Virus record (IMG/VR): IMGVR_UViG_3300005537_000023
Coordinates: 1-64,000 of that record
Origin: a virus
Direction: 5' to 3' (one strand)
Length of the DNA stretch: 64,000 nt
In this document: positions 9,835 to 18,229 of the stretch, one piece after another
Layout: each line of letters opens with the position of its first letter
How positions within the stretch are numbered: position 1 is the stretch's first letter
Made by a program: the position numbers and the translations under genes
The notes under the pieces: generated by a model
What the model saw: only the letters and a program-made list of their open reading frames with translations
Database searches by the model: none
Told to the model about the DNA's origin: nothing

Positions 9835-10046
9835 GGGATCGCCACGTCTTTCGCCGGCACAACAACATCCACCATGCGCGGGTCGCGATGATTGCGCACA
9901 GCGTCCTTCGCGTTTTCCAGGACAGATAGCGTGTACTCTTTATTGGAGATCGGCCCCTCGATGGACAATGCGCCGTCCTCGCGAATGGTGATGACGTAGC
10001 GGGCCTGGATGGCGTCGGTGCCTTTGCGCGAGGCGATTCGTGACAT
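9831..10046 (-). CDS. hypothetical protein
   Basis: coupled in operon. Confidence 0.55.
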   Translation of the reverse strand: MSRIASRKGTDAIQARYVITIREDGALSIEGPISNKEYTLSVLENAKDAVRNHRDPRMVDVVVPAKDVAIP

Positions 10047-10058
10047 TGCATAGACTCG

Positions 10059-10488
10059 TTATTCGTCCGCGACTGCGTAGATGTCCAGTTGCGATAAGCA
10101 ACTCGATCGTCCTGTGGATCATTGCTACGGCGCCCGTCCCGAATCCGCGCGGGAAGGTGAAGATCGCTCCCACCCCGATCGTGGCCGCGCACGAGATGCG
10201 GCGGTTGAAGTTGGTAGGCACCGTCGGGCCGGTTCCCCACGCAACGGCGGCCGTTGTTTGCGCGGCGGGCGCGTTGCCGTCACCCTCGTCCACGAACGTC
10301 TGAGGCGACGTCGGCGTGACGCCGATCGCGCCAGGGCGCCCGATGCCGTAGACGCCAGCGGTCGCCGCGTTCTGCGAAAAACCAATCTCCATCAGCTTCG
10401 GCTTGTTGGTGGAGGTCGAGCGCACCTCCCACGCCGCGGTTGCCGCCGTGCCTGACGTCGTGCGCTGGGAAAGTGCATAGAGGGCCAT
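10059..10488 (-). pseudogene. beta-rich virion protein disrupted by an internal ~53-bp inversion
   Basis: the plus strand at 10088-10138 encodes VAISNSIVLWIIATAPV, which bridges ...FTFPRGF to DIYAVADE* on the minus strand. Confidence 0.7.
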
Positions 10489-10497
10489 GAATACCTT

Positions 10498-10893
10498 TCA
10501 CATGGAGATGACGAGCGAGGAGCACGAGACTGTGACGCCGGACGAAAACGCGGTGGTTGGCACGGTGGCGTCGCACCCGCTTGTGCCCACGGTGCCGTCC
10601 TGCACGCCAGTCGTGTCATCTGACTTCACGAGGCGATACCAGGACGCCGTGCCGGTCAACAGTGCGGCGGCGGACGTGATCGCGTTGGCCGTTTTCGTCC
10701 CGCCCGACGCGGCGCCGAAGGCGGTGGACGAGAGCGCGAGCTTCGCCAACTTGTTCTGCGTGGTGACGGCGACATCGGGTGACGCCGGCTGCGTACCATC
10801 ATAGATCTCCACAAATCCTGAATTCAGGACATTCAGGGCCGCGTCGAGCGCGAGATTCTTGCTGGCTGCGCTGAGGGTGGGGTTGTGGGCCAC
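10498..10893 (-). CDS. phage fibre-associated structural protein
   Basis: IYDGTQPASPD...GTASWYRL...DGTVGTSG motif set of a common phage family. Confidence 0.75.
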   Translation of the reverse strand: MAHNPTLSAASKNLALDAALNVLNSGFVEIYDGTQPASPDVAVTTQNKLAKLALSSTAFGAASGGTKTANAITSAAALLTGTASWYRLVKSDDTTGVQDGTVGTSGCDATVPTTAFSSGVTVSCSSLVISM

Positions 10894-10932
10894 TGGCGCA
10901 AGTCAACCACGCTTGCGCCCTGACGTCCAGCC

Positions 10933-11181
10933 TCAACCCTTCTCGTCTGGATCCTCGTGCAGTGGAAACGGCGGCACCACGGCGCGCATGGACTGCGACG
11001 ATCCGCGGCTCCTCGGCGTCTGCGGCAGTGTCGGCGTTTCGCTGCTCGGCAGCGGCGATGCCCGGATGCCGTCCTCGATGCTCGCGCGGATGGCGAGGAT
11101 GTTGTCCTCGGGCATGCGCAGTTCTTCGCGGAATCTGCGAATCAGGCGTTCGACGTCGGACGAAAGGAGGTCGAGGCTCAC
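10933..11181 (-). CDS. hypothetical protein
   Basis: ORF in operon orientation. Confidence 0.4.
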   Translation of the reverse strand: MSLDLLSSDVERLIRRFREELRMPEDNILAIRASIEDGIRASPLPSSETPTLPQTPRSRGSSQSMRAVVPPFPLHEDPDEKG

Positions 11182-11193
11182 CGCGTGATTCTA

Positions 11194-12246
11194 TCACCCA
11201 TCGGCCTCATCGTCCTCGCCATCCTCTTCCTTCGCCATCCGCCTCGCCACCAGTTCCTCCATCCTCTTGGCGAACGAGCCGGCCGGCTTCTTCGTTTTAC
11301 GCTCCCCCGCTTCTATGTGCGGCTGCGCGGAATTTCCCTCGGCGTTTTTTCGGGCGTTGCGCTTTTCTTCTTCGATTCGCTCTCGCGCCCTCTTGTCCGC
11401 CTCGCGCCGCAGCCGCGTGGCCTCGCGCACGGACTCAATGCGCGCCGCAGCCGCTTCAATCTCCGCCTCCGTCCGATCGAGGCGTTGCACGGCGTGATCG
11501 GCGTTGGCGATCGCCTTGCGCTGCTCCAACTCTTGCCGCAGTAGCGCCTCGTGCGCTCGCGCCTCTTCCGCCGCGCGCACGTGCGCCCACCGCGCGCCGG
11601 CCTCGCGCCAGGCATCGGCGCTGGACAGGGCGCGCGCGACGAAGGGGGACACGATCGCCTCGCTGCCGCCGGCCGCCTTCCATTCGCCGTACTTCTCCAC
11701 GGCTTCCTCGTGGGGCATGACGGCGAGTTTCGTGGCCAGCCAGGCGAACGAAGAAGGCACCAACGGCGCGCCGGACGCGGCTTCGCGCAGCATGGCGGCG
11801 TCCTCGCGCTGCCGGACGTCCGCCTTGATTGCCTCGATCTCCGCGATGGCGGCCCTATACTCGCGCAACGCCTTGGCGATCGCGTTCGGTGGCACACCGC
11901 GAATCATCAATGATTCCACCGACTCGCCTCGTGTGATGGACTGGGCAACGTCGATCGAATGTGCCAATGCTTGCGCTGCGTTCTTGGCACTCACCATCGC
12001 GCGTGTGGCGGCCTCGGTGATCTTGTATACGTGCACGCCATCCGGACGCTGCCTGAATGCGATTTTACCCTTCATTCCGTGGCGTTTGACTGTGGCTACA
12101 GACACGCCGAGGGCTTCCGCGGCGGCCTTCGGTGGTAGCCATTGAGCGGGTGTCTGATCGCCTAGATCCAACGCGTGCGTTGTGATGGTGGCACCCGCGG
12201 CCCCCTTCGGTTGGCACTCGGGCTTGTCCGAGTCGTGGATCATCAA
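11194..12246 (-). CDS. Xis/MerR-like HTH regulator with long coiled coil
   Basis: WLPPKAAAEALGVSVATVKRH...GVHVY. Confidence 0.7.
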   Translation of the reverse strand: MMIHDSDKPECQPKGAAGATITTHALDLGDQTPAQWLPPKAAAEALGVSVATVKRHGMKGKIAFRQRPDGVHVYKITEAATRAMVSAKNAAQALAHSIDVAQSITRGESVESLMIRGVPPNAIAKALREYRAAIAEIEAIKADVRQREDAAMLREAASGAPLVPSSFAWLATKLAVMPHEEAVEKYGEWKAAGGSEAIVSPFVARALSSADAWREAGARWAHVRAAEEARAHEALLRQELEQRKAIANADHAVQRLDRTEAEIEAAAARIESVREATRLRREADKRARERIEEEKRNARKNAEGNSAQPHIEAGERKTKKPAGSFAKRMEELVARRMAKEEDGEDDEADG

Positions 12247-12269
12247 GCGGTCACCCTATCATAAAGGCC

Positions 12270-12329
12270 TTGACGCGTGTGCCACGACCGTGGAAGTATC
12301 CACCGCAACCGTGGCACATCGATGTGCCA
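12270..12329. promoter_or_regulatory. divergent promoter region with perfect 18-bp palindrome operator
   Basis: TTGACG at 12270; TGTGCCAC half-site at 12278; TGGCACATCGATGTGCCA at 12312-12329. Confidence 0.65.
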
Positions 12330-12343
12330 ACATAGGAGCCCCG

Positions 12344-13027
12344 ATGCCCGATCCCGCCGTCGCCCCCGTGGTCGAAACGCCCGCCCCTGCCCCGGCCAAC
12401 GGCAAGGCGCCGGCGCCGGCCAAGCCCTCCCTCGCGGACGTGCTCCGTGGGCTCAGTCCGGCCGATGTCGAGGAAGCGAAGAAGGTTTTCGCCGATCTCG
12501 TCGGCGGCGCGGTTCCGAAAGCGGAAGCCAAGCCCGAGGAAAAGAAACCCGAGGCGGATCCGCACCCGATGCCCGACGGCCTCGTGGCACTGCCCACGAA
12601 ATCCTTCCAGTGGACGCCCGATTGCTGGCGCGGCGACACGTACGCGATCAACGGCGAGACGCACTACCGCCCGATCCTCCACGGCGTCTACCTCGCCGCC
12701 GACACTCGCCCCGCCGTCCCCGCGCTCATCTTTGCGTTGTGGGAGCCGCTGCGGGTGATGGATCGGCGCGGCAAGATCGTTGAAGCGGCGCCCGATGGAA
12801 GCGTGGTGCTCGTGGACGCAACGCCCTCGCTCCTCACATTGCTGGACACGGACGTCAGCCAGGGATGCCCTCACGTCGCCGTCCGCCCGACTCGATCCAC
12901 CGTCTCCACGAGCGGCGCCGAGGTGTGGTTTTTCGACGTGCAAGTGGAGCCCGATCGCCGCAATCCGCAGTTGCCGAAGCTCTACACGCGGGAAAGCGCC
13001 CTCGGAAAGCGAGGGGTGAAGCGATGA
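12344..13027 (+). CDS. hypothetical protein, first gene of the late operon
   Basis: SD AGGAG; Pro/Ala-rich N-terminus. Confidence 0.7.
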   Translation: MPDPAVAPVVETPAPAPANGKAPAPAKPSLADVLRGLSPADVEEAKKVFADLVGGAVPKAEAKPEEKKPEADPHPMPDGLVALPTKSFQWTPDCWRGDTYAINGETHYRPILHGVYLAADTRPAVPALIFALWEPLRVMDRRGKIVEAAPDGSVVLVDATPSLLTLLDTDVSQGCPHVAVRPTRSTVSTSGAEVWFFDVQVEPDRRNPQLPKLYTRESALGKRGVKR

Positions 13028-13215
13028 CGGACGCACCGAAGCAGCGCCGCGGATTCGCCGTCATGTCGCCGGAGAAGCAGGCGGAGATCGCGAGCAAGGG
13101 CGGCAAGGCGGCGCACGCGAAGGGCACCGCGCACGAGTTCTCATCCGAGGAGGCGCGCGAGGCCGGACGCAAAGGCGGGATGGCGGCGCGGGCGAAACGG
13201 GGAGCGGCGTCGTGA
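13024..13215 (+). CDS. KGG-repeat general stress protein (YciG/GsiB-like)
   Basis: RGFAVMSPEKQAEIASKGGKAAH..GTAHEFSSEEAREAGRKGG. Confidence 0.9.
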   Translation: MTDAPKQRRGFAVMSPEKQAEIASKGGKAAHAKGTAHEFSSEEAREAGRKGGMAARAKRGAAS

Positions 13216-13949
13216 TCCCTCACGGCCTCTACCTTCTCACCTTCATCGCCGCTGCCGTCGTCGCGGCTCTCGTCAGCACCGCCCGATTCCTCAGACGCGG
13301 CGCGGTGGTGCCGTGGGCAAGCGTGCAACTCCCAAGCAAGCCATTCGAGGGACGGCCGATTCCGTTGGGCGCTGGGCCGTGCAAGATCCCAGGGAGATCG
13401 GGGCCAGACGTCCAGTCGCTAGAGCGTCGAGATGGATGCAACGCCATCACCCTGCTCCCAGTTGAGGCCTTCGTCCTGACTGAGATCGGCTTGTACTGTG
13501 ACAAGCCCAATCGCCTGCACGTCACCAGCGTGAAGATCGGGCGAATGGAGTTGATCGAGAGCGGCGCCATCGTGGCGGACGCTTTCGGCAAAGGCGGGCC
13601 TTCCACGAAGATCGCCGCCGGTGCCACCATCTATCCCACCACTGGCATCCGCTTCACCTTCACGAATCCAGACGTCGATCCGGTTGACGTGTCGCCCATG
13701 GTCATGGGCAAGCCAGTGGCATGCCCAATCAGTTCGCCCGGCCTCACCATCGCCGATGACATCGTTGCGATGGCGGGCACGGCTTTGGTGGCTGCGTACG
13801 CGCTTCACTCGCCGGGGCACATCCTCTTTGCCGCCGCCGGCCTCACCGCTGGCCTCGCCCTCGTGCGCGCCGTGGACTTCGCGCGGAAGGCCGTGAATTA
13901 CAGCCGTTCGCTGGTGGCCAACTGGCGAGCGAGGAAGAAGAAGGCATGA
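13212..13949 (+). CDS. membrane-anchored paralog of the putative capsid protein
   Basis: shares RPIPLGAGP, TLLPVEAFV, IGRM and GATIYPTTGI.FTFTNP with 15642-16226; hydrophobic segments at both ends. Confidence 0.75.
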   Translation: MIPHGLYLLTFIAAAVVAALVSTARFLRRGAVVPWASVQLPSKPFEGRPIPLGAGPCKIPGRSGPDVQSLERRDGCNAITLLPVEAFVLTEIGLYCDKPNRLHVTSVKIGRMELIESGAIVADAFGKGGPSTKIAAGATIYPTTGIRFTFTNPDVDPVDVSPMVMGKPVACPISSPGLTIADDIVAMAGTALVAAYALHSPGHILFAAAGLTAGLALVRAVDFARKAVNYSRSLVANWRARKKKA

Positions 13950-14374
13950 CCCGCAAAGACACCTCCAACGGCCGACTCTCCATCGACGAATCGCTGGAGG
14001 ACTGGATCATCTTCTACGAGGGCGACGTCGCGAAGATCGGCCGCCTCGTGGGCACGAGCGAGGACGAGTTGCGCGACGAGATGGAGGACGGCACGCCCAG
14101 CGTCACCCTCGCGCCCGTCTTCGTCTTCTCGCGCACCGTCCTGCCGATGCGCACGCCGCAAGGGCAAGTGCTCACGCCCATCCCATCCGCCGATCGCTTG
14201 GAGTCCGCGTTCGATCTGGGCGACGGCGATTCGGAGGTGTACGTACTCCTTTCCGATTTCGAGTTTGCCTCCACGCGCACGCTCGCCTCGCGCCGTCACA
14301 TCGCCGCGCGCTTGAATGAGGCGCAGCGGATTCACGCTGGCCAGATCGTTGTGCCGGCTGTGGAGGTGCGGTGA
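13946..14374 (+). CDS. hypothetical protein
   Basis: coupled ORF. Confidence 0.65.
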   Translation: MTRKDTSNGRLSIDESLEDWIIFYEGDVAKIGRLVGTSEDELRDEMEDGTPSVTLAPVFVFSRTVLPMRTPQGQVLTPIPSADRLESAFDLGDGDSEVYVLLSDFEFASTRTLASRRHIAARLNEAQRIHAGQIVVPAVEVR

Positions 14375-14652
14375 TGGACGACGTCACCGCGGAGTACATC
14401 GCCAAGGTGCAAGAGGCGTTGCGAGGCAAGGGCGCGCCCGAGGAGATGATCGCGGCGCTGCCTGATCACATTCCCTTCCGCCTTCTTCGCGAGTCTGAGT
14501 CATCGGCACTCGATGGCATGTACGTTGTGGCGCGCGATGACGGCAGCGAGATCATCCGCCTCTCGTGGGCCACGTCGCCCGAGGAAGTGCCGGCGCTCGT
14601 TCAAGTGTTCATGCTCGTGATGAAAGCCTTCGCCCCCTCGCCCTCGCCGTGA
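14371..14652 (+). CDS. hypothetical protein
   Basis: coupled ORF. Confidence 0.6.
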   Translation: MMDDVTAEYIAKVQEALRGKGAPEEMIAALPDHIPFRLLRESESSALDGMYVVARDDGSEIIRLSWATSPEEVPALVQVFMLVMKAFAPSPSP

Positions 14653-14930
14653 AGTGCGCGTGTGGCTGCGGCGCCGACGTGCCCCCGCGGCGTAAGTTTT
14701 TCGCGACGAAGAAGTGCGGCGATCGTATGCGTCAGCGGCGGCGATGGGCAAGGCATCACCCAAGTAGCGCCATCACGCGAAGCACAATTTGCCTCGTGTG
14801 CAAACACATCGTCATCCGCCACGGCCGAAGCAAAGCGAGATATCACGAGTGGTGCGCGCCGACTGCAAAGCGGGTGAGGGAAGCCATCAATTCGCTGCGA
14901 CGTGAGTCCGGCCAGCGTGAGGGTGATTGA
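14649..14930 (+). CDS. Zn-finger protein
   Basis: CACGCG...C; CLVC...HEWC. Confidence 0.55.
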   Translation: MKCACGCGADVPPRRKFFATKKCGDRMRQRRRWARHHPSSAITRSTICLVCKHIVIRHGRSKARYHEWCAPTAKRVREAINSLRRESGQREGD

Positions 14931-15011
14931 CGGCAAGGCAAACGTAGCGATTCCGAGGACTAAGCGCGAGACTCCACGTTGCGCAACACGCAACCGAGGA
15001 GATCGATCCGC

Positions 15012-15584
15012 ATGTACTCGCTCGCCAGCCTCAACGCCGCTCGCCGCCATCGTCGTCATCACCGCCATCATCACCGCCACAACCGGGCGGAGGCGATGAG
15101 TGGATCGAAGCGCGATCAGTTGGCGTACTTCGCCGGTCAGAAGGGCGTTGGAGGCGCGGTCTCTGGCCTCCTCGGCTACATGGACTCGTACAACGGCGAG
15201 CCCACCTTCTTCGCGACGGCGGGTGATCCCACGAGCGGCGTCGGCCTCAAGGCGATGGTCGCGATCGCGGGCAACCTCGCGCAGGCCTTCCAAATCTGGA
15301 CAGGCCGCTTCATGGGCAAGTCCATGGGCGCGCTCGGCAACGTGATCGACGGCGCGATCGCCGGTACCGCGGACGCGGGCTGGTTCTCGTGGACGTACGT
15401 GCAGGGCAACACCTACGGCGCCGCGAAGAAGGCGTCAGAGTCGCCGCCGCACAAGACGAGCGGTGTCGGCTTCAACTACGACGGCGCCCCCGAGCCTCGC
15501 GCGATGGGCGTCGGCACTCCTCGCGATCACGTCTCGCGCGCTGCGGCTGCGGTGCAGTCGAGCGGACTCGCCGGTTACATCTAG
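15012..15584 (+). CDS. virion membrane/core protein with Arg/His-rich N-terminus
   Basis: SD GAGGAG; RRHRRHHRHHHRHNR, Gly-rich hydrophobic helices, GVG motifs. Confidence 0.7.
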   Translation: MYSLASLNAARRHRRHHRHHHRHNRAEAMSGSKRDQLAYFAGQKGVGGAVSGLLGYMDSYNGEPTFFATAGDPTSGVGLKAMVAIAGNLAQAFQIWTGRFMGKSMGALGNVIDGAIAGTADAGWFSWTYVQGNTYGAAKKASESPPHKTSGVGFNYDGAPEPRAMGVGTPRDHVSRAAAAVQSSGLAGYI

Positions 15585-15641
15585 CCGGCCACACGGTTTC
15601 GCAAACGATTCGCAGAAAGAAGCAACAGGAGAATCCACGCC

Positions 15642-16226
15642 ATGATGTCCTTTGGTCGCCGCAATCCCGCTACCGTCGCCGGTACCCCCTACGCTCGCAC
15701 GGGCAACGTTGCCGTCCGCGGCGCCTTCGCTCCTCGCTCCGGCGCGGTTGTGGGCTACACGCCCCGTCCGCGTGGCGCGGGAGTCGGCGCGTGCGGCGAT
15801 GGCAGCACGAATCCGCCCGGCGGCACGCAGGCGTGGTGCTACAACACGCAGGGCAGCCGCCCGATCCCCCTCGGCGCTGGCCCCGTCGCGATCCCGGCGT
15901 TCGCCGCGGGTGCGAGCGGTACCAACAACGTGACGTTGCTTCCGGTCGAAGCGTTCGTCATCGAAGACATCGAGGTGACGGACCCGACGGGCCTGCTCTT
16001 CGTGTCGAGCGTCCAGATCGGCCGCATGCAGTTGCTCGAAGGCGGCACGATCTCGACCGACTACTTCCAGTCGGCGTCGACGAAGTGCAAGTTGGCGCAG
16101 GGCGCGACGATCTACCCGACCACGGGCATCGTCTTCACCTTCACCAACCCGACCAACGCGATCGTCAACGTCTCCGTGGTCGTCACCGGAACGCCGGTGC
16201 CGTGCCCGCAGGGCGGCTTGAAGTGA
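15642..16226 (+). CDS. putative major capsid protein (single jelly-roll-like) with basic N-terminal arm
   Basis: SD AGGAG; RRNP arm then ~120-aa alternating beta-strand domain; fold is inferred, not searched. Confidence 0.6.
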   Translation: MMSFGRRNPATVAGTPYARTGNVAVRGAFAPRSGAVVGYTPRPRGAGVGACGDGSTNPPGGTQAWCYNTQGSRPIPLGAGPVAIPAFAAGASGTNNVTLLPVEAFVIEDIEVTDPTGLLFVSSVQIGRMQLLEGGTISTDYFQSASTKCKLAQGATIYPTTGIVFTFTNPTNAIVNVSVVVTGTPVPCPQGGLK

Positions 16227-16256
16227 TTGCCCCCACGGCAAAGGAATAACTGAGCC

Positions 16257-16586
16257 ATGGGAACCAGCGCAAGCAACCGATTCACGGGTCAGCCGGATGC
16301 GTTCTGCACCGGCACCACGTCGGCCGGAAACCCCTTGGTGGTCACGGCCACGAAGGATGCCCTCTTCACGAGGACGGCGGACGGCATCTACGTCGTCACC
16401 ACAACGCAGAATTTCGATGCCGCGCACTGCAAAGTGGACGTGGACGTGGATGCGGCCAACCCCACCGTTCAGGTGGTGCACACCTCGGCGACGGTGAAGA
16501 CGATCAACGTATTCACTGGCAGCACCGGCGTCGCGCTCGCGCCTACCCGCATCGCCGTCACGATCAAGAAGTTGCTCTCGCCGTAA
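16257..16586 (+). CDS. small beta-rich virion protein
   Basis: TRTADGIYVVT strand pattern; follows the putative MCP. Confidence 0.6.
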   Translation: MGTSASNRFTGQPDAFCTGTTSAGNPLVVTATKDALFTRTADGIYVVTTTQNFDAAHCKVDVDVDAANPTVQVVHTSATVKTINVFTGSTGVALAPTRIAVTIKKLLSP

Positions 16587-16613
16587 CCTCTCTCGCCCTG
16601 AGGGAGGCGCGCC

Positions 16614-17636
16614 GTGGCGTACGAGCCTACTTTCGCGATCGACTGTATCGGAAGGGATCCTGGCGCCATGGGCAAAGTGGCGCTTGGAAGGCTCGCGGCC
16701 GCTCTCGTGGACATCAACGCGGAGTACATCCGGACCTACCCCGGAAGCTTCGCGAGTGTCTATGAGAGCGGCTTCGTCATTGGCGAACCGCTTGGCCGTG
16801 GCGGCCTGTGCGGCGATCGCCGCTGGCAAGACGTCGCCGTGATGAGGGATTCCGGCATCGTCAAGCCGGACGATCTCGTGATGGCGCGCGTCGCCGAGTT
16901 GAACGAGGTGGAGAAAATCGCCGCCAAGGTGCGGGTGTACTCGAACGATGACGGCCTATACGAGTTGCTGGTGGAGTGGCCTGCAACGCTTCCCGTCGGT
17001 GCCGTATACCCCGAGAGCGTCTACCCGCACCCGATCGACGGCGCCCTCGTCGAGTCCCCGTCGGAAGCGATGGGCTCGCGCGAAAAGGCGTCTTTCGTCG
17101 CGCCCAAGCGCCCGTATCGGCTGACGATCGCCGTCGACTGCATCGGCGAGGATCATCCCGAGGCCGTGCGGATGGCCGTGGATCACTGCATGGGATACCT
17201 GCTGCACGCGCTGACGGACATCGACGAGATGTACCTCCGCGCCTTCCCGGACAAATTCCAGCTGCTGTACCAGTCGTGTGTTGTCTATGATCGCATGAAT
17301 CCGCCCGCTGGCAGCGCGTGCGGCGACGACGACTGGCAAGACATCGTTGTCACCTACGAGAGTTGCAAAGGCGACTGCGAAGACGTGGCGTGCATTCGCG
17401 CCGCGGAGGTCAATGTCCACTACAGCATCCCCGTTGTGCCCATGGTGATGCTGCAACAGAATCTTCAACCTGGCGCGCGCACTCGTCACCTCTACCACGT
17501 GATGGACAAGTGGCCCGATGGCCTTGGCAACTACCCACCAAGCGTCTTCGCAGATCAGACGGATCAGGGTATGATGATGATGGAGTGCCCCTCAACGGTG
17601 TTGGGCATGACCGGAGATGAAGAGGCCGCGCAATGA
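16614..17636 (+). CDS. transglutaminase-like cysteine enzyme, tandem inactive and active domains
   Basis: C-half WQD...GDCEDVAC...HLYHV...CPS..LGM; homologous N-half lacks the Cys and His. Confidence 0.75.
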   Translation: MAYEPTFAIDCIGRDPGAMGKVALGRLAAALVDINAEYIRTYPGSFASVYESGFVIGEPLGRGGLCGDRRWQDVAVMRDSGIVKPDDLVMARVAELNEVEKIAAKVRVYSNDDGLYELLVEWPATLPVGAVYPESVYPHPIDGALVESPSEAMGSREKASFVAPKRPYRLTIAVDCIGEDHPEAVRMAVDHCMGYLLHALTDIDEMYLRAFPDKFQLLYQSCVVYDRMNPPAGSACGDDDWQDIVVTYESCKGDCEDVACIRAAEVNVHYSIPVVPMVMLQQNLQPGARTRHLYHVMDKWPDGLGNYPPSVFADQTDQGMMMMECPSTVLGMTGDEEAAQ

Positions 17637-18229
17637 CGCTCTGCCCGCTTGCAATCGGAATCGGCGCTGTACTCGGAGGCGTCGCCACGGCGTGGTGGTT
17701 CATGTCCGACAAGGGCAAGGGCTCGACGACGGCGCCGCTCGGCACCCCGTCCAAGCTCGCCGGCCATCTCGTCCCCGCGATCGCCGGCACCTCGCCCGCG
17801 CCGCCGCTCCTTGCCCCTACCGCCGGCCTCGCGTCGATGGACGGCTTCTCGTGGGACTATCAGGTTGGCCCCGGCGATTCCGTGGGAGGCATCACGGAGG
17901 CAATCGTTGGCGACGACGGCCGATACCAGGAATTGCTCCTCGCAAACCCCGCTCTTCTGACGGTGGGCGAGCCTGGCGTATACCTCGGCGAAAGCGCGTG
18001 GGATGCGGCGCCCGGCGCGCTCGACGGGCAGACGCTCGCGATCCCGCTTCCGTGGGGCCGCTACATCGATCAATTGGGCAACCCCCGCGGCGGCCGCGAG
18101 CCCTTCATCCAGGACGCGCGAGCGCCGATGACGCTGCCCGCTCTTCCGCCCGCGCCGCCGGCCGCGTCCACGTCAGGATTCGGCCCCGCGCCGTACGGTG
18201 AAATGGTTTCGATGGAGGCCGCAGCATGA
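17633..18229 (+). CDS. membrane-anchored LysM protein
   Basis: N-terminal TM; YQVGPGDS..GITEAIVGDDGRYQELLLANP. Confidence 0.8.
   Translation: MTLCPLAIGIGAVLGGVATAWWFMSDKGKGSTTAPLGTPSKLAGHLVPAIAGTSPAPPLLAPTAGLASMDGFSWDYQVGPGDSVGGITEAIVGDDGRYQELLLANPALLTVGEPGVYLGESAWDAAPGALDGQTLAIPLPWGRYIDQLGNPRGGREPFIQDARAPMTLPALPPAPPAASTSGFGPAPYGEMVSMEAAA

Noticed and set aside
10086-10140. Invertase-controlled shufflon-type switch
   Set aside because: No flanking inverted repeats, and simple re-inversion does not restore the frame.
12312-12329. Sigma54 promoter (TGGCAC...TGC)
   Set aside because: GG-to-GC spacing is 11 rather than 10 nt; better explained as a palindromic operator.
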